This document shows, one piece after another, positions 58,926 through 64,000 of a stretch of DNA of 64,000 nt. A model generated the notes under the pieces. The model searched no databases, was not told the DNA's origin, and saw nothing but the letters and a program-made list of their open reading frames with translations. The number at the start of each line of letters is the position of its first letter. Position 1 is the first letter of the stretch. This DNA comes from Dehalococcoidia bacterium (GTDB lineage Bacteria; Chloroflexota; Dehalococcoidia; Bin125): contig CAXXNO010000004.1 in assembly GCA_963663235.2 (NCBI GenBank), positions 128,001-192,000 on the forward strand, written 5' to 3'. Made by a program: the position numbers and the translations under genes.

Positions 58926-59636
58926 ATGCGGGGAAGAACCACCCAGGCGAAGGCTGCCGCGGCCGCGTTCTTGGCGGCGCTGTTGGCGGCGCTGTTCATT
59001 GTCGCGGCGGGCGGGACGGCGCCGAGCGGCGTGGCGCACGCGAACGGGGTGCCGCAGACGCTCCAGTTGCTGTATCTGGAGTCGATCTCGAACTGGGGGC
59101 CAACCGACGCGCAGGGGGATCTGGAGTTCTCGTTCTCAGAGGGCTACATGACGCTGGACGTCCGGGGCCTCCCCCGCCTTATTGGCCAGACCTATGAGGG
59201 CTGGTTCGTGCGCTCCGCGACCAACGAGGCGATCAGCACGGGGCCGTTCAACACCAGCGCCGACGGCAGCGCCCACTACGAGGCGACGCTGCCGAGCATT
59301 CGAGACTATTCGCTGGACCTGTTCGTGATCACCGTGGAAGTGCTGGAGGAGCGCGACGACTCGCCGGACCAGCGACGCTCGATCGCGGGGTACTTCTCGG
59401 TCATCGGGTCCGACGCTGAAGAAGCGAGCGGGGGCGAAACCAGCGGCGCCGCGGCAGGGGCCGGGGGCGTCGGGGATGCCGCGAGCGACGGGCCGGCCAA
59501 CCTTCCCGAAACCGGCGATTCGAGCGGGTTCGCCGGCAGCGCGCGGGGGTTGTTGATCATCGTGCTGGGAGGCTTGGTGATCCTGTGGGCCGTTGCGCGC
59601 ACGCGGGCGCGCGTGCGGAAGGAGCGGCGGCCATGA
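58926..59636 (+). CDS. Secreted protein with RskA-C-like beta domain and LPETG sorting signal
   Basis: Signal peptide (AHA-N), GLP...YEGW....STGPF...ITVE, then LPETG + TM + RTRARVRKERR; ATGA overlap with flgF. Confidence 0.78.
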   Translation: MRGRTTQAKAAAAAFLAALLAALFIVAAGGTAPSGVAHANGVPQTLQLLYLESISNWGPTDAQGDLEFSFSEGYMTLDVRGLPRLIGQTYEGWFVRSATNEAISTGPFNTSADGSAHYEATLPSIRDYSLDLFVITVEVLEERDDSPDQRRSIAGYFSVIGSDAEEASGGETSGAAAGAGGVGDAASDGPANLPETGDSSGFAGSARGLLIIVLGGLVILWAVARTRARVRKERRP

Positions 59637-60379
59637 GCCGCGGGCTCTACACGGCGGCGTCCGGCCTGGTGGCGGGCATGGAGCGGCAGAGCACGCTGGC
59701 CAACGCCCTGGCGAACGTGAACACGCCGGGCTACAAGGCCGAACTGTTCACGACCCGATCGTTCCCGGGGGTGTTCCTGTCGGCGAGCGGCAGCGGGGCC
59801 TTGCGATCTCGGTTCGGGACGCTGAGCAGCGGCGTGGTAACGGATCGCCTGGGGCTGGACCTGGGGGCCGGCGCCATCACGCCCACGGGGGCGACGTTTG
59901 ACTTGGCGATCGATGGGGATGGGTTCTTTGTCCTGCAGGACTTCGACGGCAACCTGCGCCTCACGAGTGACGGCCACTTCCGGGCCGACGCGCGCGGCGT
60001 TCTGGTGAGCAGCGACGGCTGGCAGGTGCAGTCGCGCACGAACGGGCCGATCTCTGTGGCGGGAGGCGCCGTGGAGATCGGACGGGGTGGCGTGGTGCGG
60101 GTCGCCGGGGAGGCGGCGGGCGTGATCCGCCTGGCGGCCGCACCGGCGGGGGGGCTGCTGCACGCGGGCGACTCGACGTTCCTTGTGGGCGCCGGGGAGG
60201 AGCTGACGGAGGCGACGGGCGAGATCGTGCAGGGCAGCCTGGAGGGCTCCAACGTCAATAGCACCCAACTACTCACACAGATGGTGAGCGTGTCGCGGGC
60301 GTACGAAAGCGCGCAACGGATGTTCGCCATGCACAACCGGATCATGGGCCTGACGGCCACGGACGTAGGACGGGTGTAG
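59633..60379 (+). CDS. flgF: Flagellar rod protein FlgF
   Basis: GLYTAASG, ANALANVNTPGYK, DLAIDGDGFF, LEGSNV. Confidence 0.88.
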   Translation: MSRGLYTAASGLVAGMERQSTLANALANVNTPGYKAELFTTRSFPGVFLSASGSGALRSRFGTLSSGVVTDRLGLDLGAGAITPTGATFDLAIDGDGFFVLQDFDGNLRLTSDGHFRADARGVLVSSDGWQVQSRTNGPISVAGGAVEIGRGGVVRVAGEAAGVIRLAAAPAGGLLHAGDSTFLVGAGEELTEATGEIVQGSLEGSNVNSTQLLTQMVSVSRAYESAQRMFAMHNRIMGLTATDVGRV

Positions 60380-60383
60380 AGAG

Positions 60384-61163
60384 ATGGGAATGTCGAACGC
60401 CGTCGATGCGGCCCGCTCCGGCATGATCCAGCACGAGCGGAACCTGGAGGCCATCGCCAACAACCTGGCCAACATCAACACCCCCGGCTACAAACGCGTG
60501 GTGGTCCACTTCCAGGATCTGCTCACGAGCGACGCTGCCCTGGACGTGCTGTTCGCCGGCGAGGCGGTGGCCTCTTCGAGCGGGGTGTCGGTGGACACCG
60601 TGACGCGGCAGTTCAGCGCGGGCGCCATCGTGCCCAGCGACGTTCCCACAGCGATGGCGATTGCGGGTGAGGGCTTCTTCGTCGTGCTGCTTGAGGACGG
60701 AAGCACGGCCTACACGCGCGACGGCACATTCGGTTGGGACGCCGAAGGGTACCTGGCGACGGTAAACGGCTACCGGGTGCAGCCGCCGATCCAGAACCAG
60801 GGCGCGGCGGGGGACGTGCAGGTCTCGGCCGAGGGCATCGTGACCGCGCGGAGCGGGCGGGACGATCCGCCGGAGGATCTGGGGCGGATCCAGTTAGCGC
60901 TGGTCGCCGATCCCACGCAGTTCGAGGCGATCGGGCAGAACCTGTATCGAGCGACCGCGGAGAGCGGAGAGCCTCAGTTGTTGGAGCCAGGGACGGATGG
61001 GGCCGGGGAGATCGTGGGGCAAGCCCTGGAGAGCTCCAACGTGGAGATCGCCACCGAGTTGACCAACCTGATCGCCGCGCAGCGCGCCTACCAATTCAAC
61101 CTGGCCGCGTTCCAGACGGCGGACGAAATGATGCGCCAGATCAACGAAGCCATGCAGGTGTAA
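60384..61163 (+). CDS. flgG: Flagellar distal rod protein FlgG
   Basis: ANNLANINTPGYKR, YTRDG.F, GQNLY..T.ESG, LESSNV, AQRAY. Confidence 0.92.
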   Translation: MGMSNAVDAARSGMIQHERNLEAIANNLANINTPGYKRVVVHFQDLLTSDAALDVLFAGEAVASSSGVSVDTVTRQFSAGAIVPSDVPTAMAIAGEGFFVVLLEDGSTAYTRDGTFGWDAEGYLATVNGYRVQPPIQNQGAAGDVQVSAEGIVTARSGRDDPPEDLGRIQLALVADPTQFEAIGQNLYRATAESGEPQLLEPGTDGAGEIVGQALESSNVEIATELTNLIAAQRAYQFNLAAFQTADEMMRQINEAMQV

Positions 61164-61174
61164 CGGAGGACGAT

Positions 61175-61498
61175 ATGACCATCCCTCCCGACCTCCCTCC
61201 CAGCGTTCCTGGCGCCGACGGATCAGCGATCGTCAGCGCCCGCAGCGGCCCCGCCCGCCGCGCGGGTGAGCCCGTCGCGGCCGAGCGCCCGGCCGCGACG
61301 GGCGACGGAGACCAGGACCGCATCGAGTTGTCCGAATTCGCGCGGTTGGTGCACCGGGCCACGGATCAGGTACGGGCGAGCCCGGCGGAGCGCGCGGACC
61401 TCATCGCCAGCCTGCGGGCGGAGATCGACGCGGGGACGTACACGGTCGATGCGCGCCTGGTGGCGGAGCGGCTGCTGGCCGGGCTGGTGACGGCATGA
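61175..61498 (+). CDS. flgM: Anti-sigma28 factor FlgM
   Basis: DRIELS, R...I..LR.EI.AGTY.VD...VAE.L; GGAGG RBS. Confidence 0.88.
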   Translation: MTIPPDLPPSVPGADGSAIVSARSGPARRAGEPVAAERPAATGDGDQDRIELSEFARLVHRATDQVRASPAERADLIASLRAEIDAGTYTVDARLVAERLLAGLVTA

Positions 61499-62013
61499 GC
61501 GCGCCGACCCTGTCAGGGGGCGTCGACCTGAGGGCGCTGCTGGACAACCTGGCGGCCCAGCGAGATGGATACGAGCGACTGGCGGCGCTGGCGGAGCGGA
61601 TGCTGGCCGGGCTGATCGGCGGCGCATCGGAGGACCTCGCCCTCCTCATTGGGGAGGAAGAGCGGCAGATCGCGGCGCTGCGGGCGCTGGAAGCGGAGCG
61701 CCTCACGATCCTGGCGCCGCTGGCACGGGCCTGGAACCGGCCCGCCACGGAGATCAGCGCCCGCGAGCTGGCGAGCGTGGCCGCGCCCGAGATGGGGGCG
61801 CGGATCAGCGCGGCGCGGACGGCGCTGCTGGAACGGCTCACCATCCTGCGCGACCTCAACGAGCGCAACCGGCGGCTGCTCAACAGTGCAGCGGGCATTC
61901 TCACGCGCTGGCGCACCCTGATGACGGCGAGCGTCAGCGCCGGGCCGATCTACTCCGAGCAAGGCCGCGTGAGCGCCGCGGTGACGCCTTGGGCGCTGGA
62001 CCACGGGGCGTAA
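61495..62013 (+). CDS. flgN: Flagellar export chaperone FlgN
   Basis: Helical; LE.ER, LRDLNERNRRLL, Y...G; between flgM and flgK. Confidence 0.85.
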   Translation: MSAPTLSGGVDLRALLDNLAAQRDGYERLAALAERMLAGLIGGASEDLALLIGEEERQIAALRALEAERLTILAPLARAWNRPATEISARELASVAAPEMGARISAARTALLERLTILRDLNERNRRLLNSAAGILTRWRTLMTASVSAGPIYSEQGRVSAAVTPWALDHGA

Positions 62014-62031
62014 GGGAGCAGGGGACACGCG

Positions 62032-63439
62032 ATGGGGCTCTCCGTTGGCCTGGATATTGCTGTCACCGCACTGCGGGCGCAGCAGCTTGCAGTCGATGTG
62101 GCGTCGCACAACATCGCCAACGCGAATACGGCCGGCTTTTCGCGGCAGGAGGTGGGGATGACGGCGGTGGTGGCGGTCGCCGGCAGCACGATGACGCGTG
62201 ACCTGCGGAACGACAGCACCGGGCTGGGCGTGGATGCCGGCACGGTGCGGCGGCTGCGGGACGAGTTCATCGACGCGCAGATCCGGACCGTGATCCAGTC
62301 ACAGAGCGGGTTCGAGGCCGAGGCGCGGGCGTTGGAGCAGACGGAAGTGATCATCAACGAACCGTCGGAGAGCGGCGTGGGAGCGCTCTTCGCGTCCTTC
62401 TGGAACGCTTGGCGCGACCTCAGCAACGGGCCCGAGTCCAGCGCTGCCCGCGCCAACCTGGTCGCGGAGAGCGGGACGCTGGTGGCGGCGCTGCGCGATA
62501 CATACGACCAGTTGCGGCGGCTGCAGCGCGGCCTGGACACACAACTGCCGGCGCTGGTATCGACGCTCAATTCGCTGGCGAGCGAGGTCGCCGACCTGAA
62601 CCGCGAGATCATGAAGACCAGCAACGCGGGTCAGAACAGCGCCGACCTGCTGGACCGGCGGGACCGGAGCGTGGAGGAAATCTCGCGCCTGGTCGACGTC
62701 ACCGTGACGGTCGCCGCTTCGGGCGCCGTGAACGTCTCGCTGGGGGGGGCGGGATCTGGTGGCCGGCGCGCGCGCCAACGCGCTCACGGTGCAGGCGGAG
62801 CCGAGCAACCTGGGCTACAAGTCGGTGCGGTGGCAGAGCGATGGGACCGCGGTATCGATCGCGGCGAGGGAGATCTCGGGGCTCCTGCGAGCGCGCGACG
62901 GCTCGGTGGCGACGTCGAACACGGACCTGAACACCCTGGTGGCGGAGGTGATCACCCGGGTCAATGCCGTGCATGCGGCCGGGTTTGGCTTGGACAACAG
63001 CACGGGGCTGGCGTTCTTCACGGGCACCAACGCGTCGGACATTGCGGTCAATCCGATCGTGGCGGGGGACCTGACCAAAGTCGCTGCGGCGTCCGGGCTG
63101 AACCTGGCGGGCGACGCGAGCAACGCCCTGGCGATGGCCGACCTGCAGCGGACCCTGACGATGAACGCGGGGAGCAGCACGTTTGAGGATTTCTATGGCA
63201 CGGCGGTCGCCAACCTGGGCGTCCGCGTGCGGGAAGTGGGGAATGCGGCGCAGACCCAAGCGTTCCTGCGAGACCACCTGATCACGCTACGGGACGCGGT
63301 CTCCGGGGTCAGTTTGGACGAAGAGATGACCAACCTGATCAAGTTCCAGCGCGCCTTTGAAGCGGCCGCCCAACTGATCAGCGTCGTGGACTCCATGCTG
63401 AACACCCTGATTAACCGCATGGGACTGGTGGGGAGGTAG
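62032..63439 (+). CDS. flgK: Hook-associated protein FlgK, frameshifted at a G8 tract (62742-62749)
   Basis: SHNIANANTAGFSRQ, DLLDRRD; the second frame ends SGVSLDEEMTNLIKFQRAFEAAA. G7 gives a continuous LGGRDLVAG. Confidence 0.92.
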
Positions 63440-63444
63440 CGCGG

Positions 63445-64000
63445 GTGCGAGTCACGCTGCGCATGTCGGTTGTTCGAGCGTTGGCGAACATCACGCAGGC
63501 GCACGAACAGCTGGCGGAGTTGGGGAATCGGCTGGCCACGGGGAGGCGGCTCACGCGGCCCTCCGACGACCCCGCCGGGATCACGCACAGCCTCTCGCTG
63601 CGGGCGGGCATGAAGCTGGGGCTACAGCATCTGCGCAACGTGAATTCCGGCGTCGCGCGGCTGAGCGCCACGGAAGCGGCGCTGGACGCGCTGACGCAAG
63701 TGATGCAGCGTGCGCGGGAGCTGACGGTGGCTGGGGCCAACGACACGCTGGGAGCGTCGCAACGCGTGACGATCGCCAGCGAGATCACGCAGTTGCTGGA
63801 CGAGGCGATCGCGATTGGGAATACCAGTTTCGGCGGGCAACGGATCTTCGGCGGGCACCAGACGACGAGCGCGCCCTTCACGCCGGTCGGCAATCCCCCC
63901 ACGGCGGTGACCTATACGGGTGACAGCGGCGTGATTGAGCGTGAGGTGGGGATTGGGGTGCGGGTGACGGTGAACGTGCCGGGGGATACCGTCCTGAGCC
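63445..64000 (+). CDS. flgL: Hook-associated protein FlgL, runs off the right edge
   Basis: Read by hand from GTG 63445: MRVT...LATGRRLTRPSDDPAG...QRARELTVAGANDT...GNTSFGGQRIFGG. Confidence 0.92.
   Translation, partial: MRVTLRMSVVRALANITQAHEQLAELGNRLATGRRLTRPSDDPAGITHSLSLRAGMKLGLQHLRNVNSGVARLSATEAALDALTQVMQRARELTVAGANDTLGASQRVTIASEITQLLDEAIAIGNTSFGGQRIFGGHQTTSAPFTPVGNPPTAVTYTGDSGVIEREVGIGVRVTVNVPGDTVLS

Noticed and set aside
1-64000. tRNA, rRNA, transposase, integrase or prophage genes
   Set aside because: None recognised by eye; a tRNAscan-SE or Rfam run would be needed to exclude small RNAs fully.

Overview
A GC-rich (visually about 70%) bacterial window with monoderm features: LPXTG-type sorting signals, a GAAC-N4-GTTC LexA box, thyX, and a flagellar cluster with no P- or L-ring genes in view. 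The gene set most resembles Chloroflexota class Dehalococcoidia; this is inference and no search was run. 1-7.7 kb holds cell-surface genes (an Ig-like protein, an LPDTG protein, a heavily frameshifted S-layer-like gene) and broken accessory ORFs. 8-47 kb holds mostly intact metabolic and housekeeping genes: hbd, tandem PMM/PGM, two amidases, YyaL, a two-component system, S8 and S1C proteases, ilvD, a cell-wall amidase, thiolase-like plus DUF35, thyX, rhomboid, cobC/cbiB, and a HigBA module between about 250-bp direct repeats built from nested miniature palindromes. 47.7-64 kb holds two small Zn-finger ORFs, a NarL regulator and a small ORF, then a flagellar operon (flbD to flgL) with an in-frame flhB::fliA deletion fusion, a G8 frameshift in flgK, a lipobox on FliP and an LPETG protein. 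The best leads are the nested palindromic repeat family around HigBA (it contains a copy of neighbouring coding DNA), a recurring GWNLVxWxGP C-terminal domain on unrelated secreted proteins, the small-protein module heading the flagellar operon, and a LexA-boxed leaderless ORF. Several indels may be assembly errors; reads are needed to tell.
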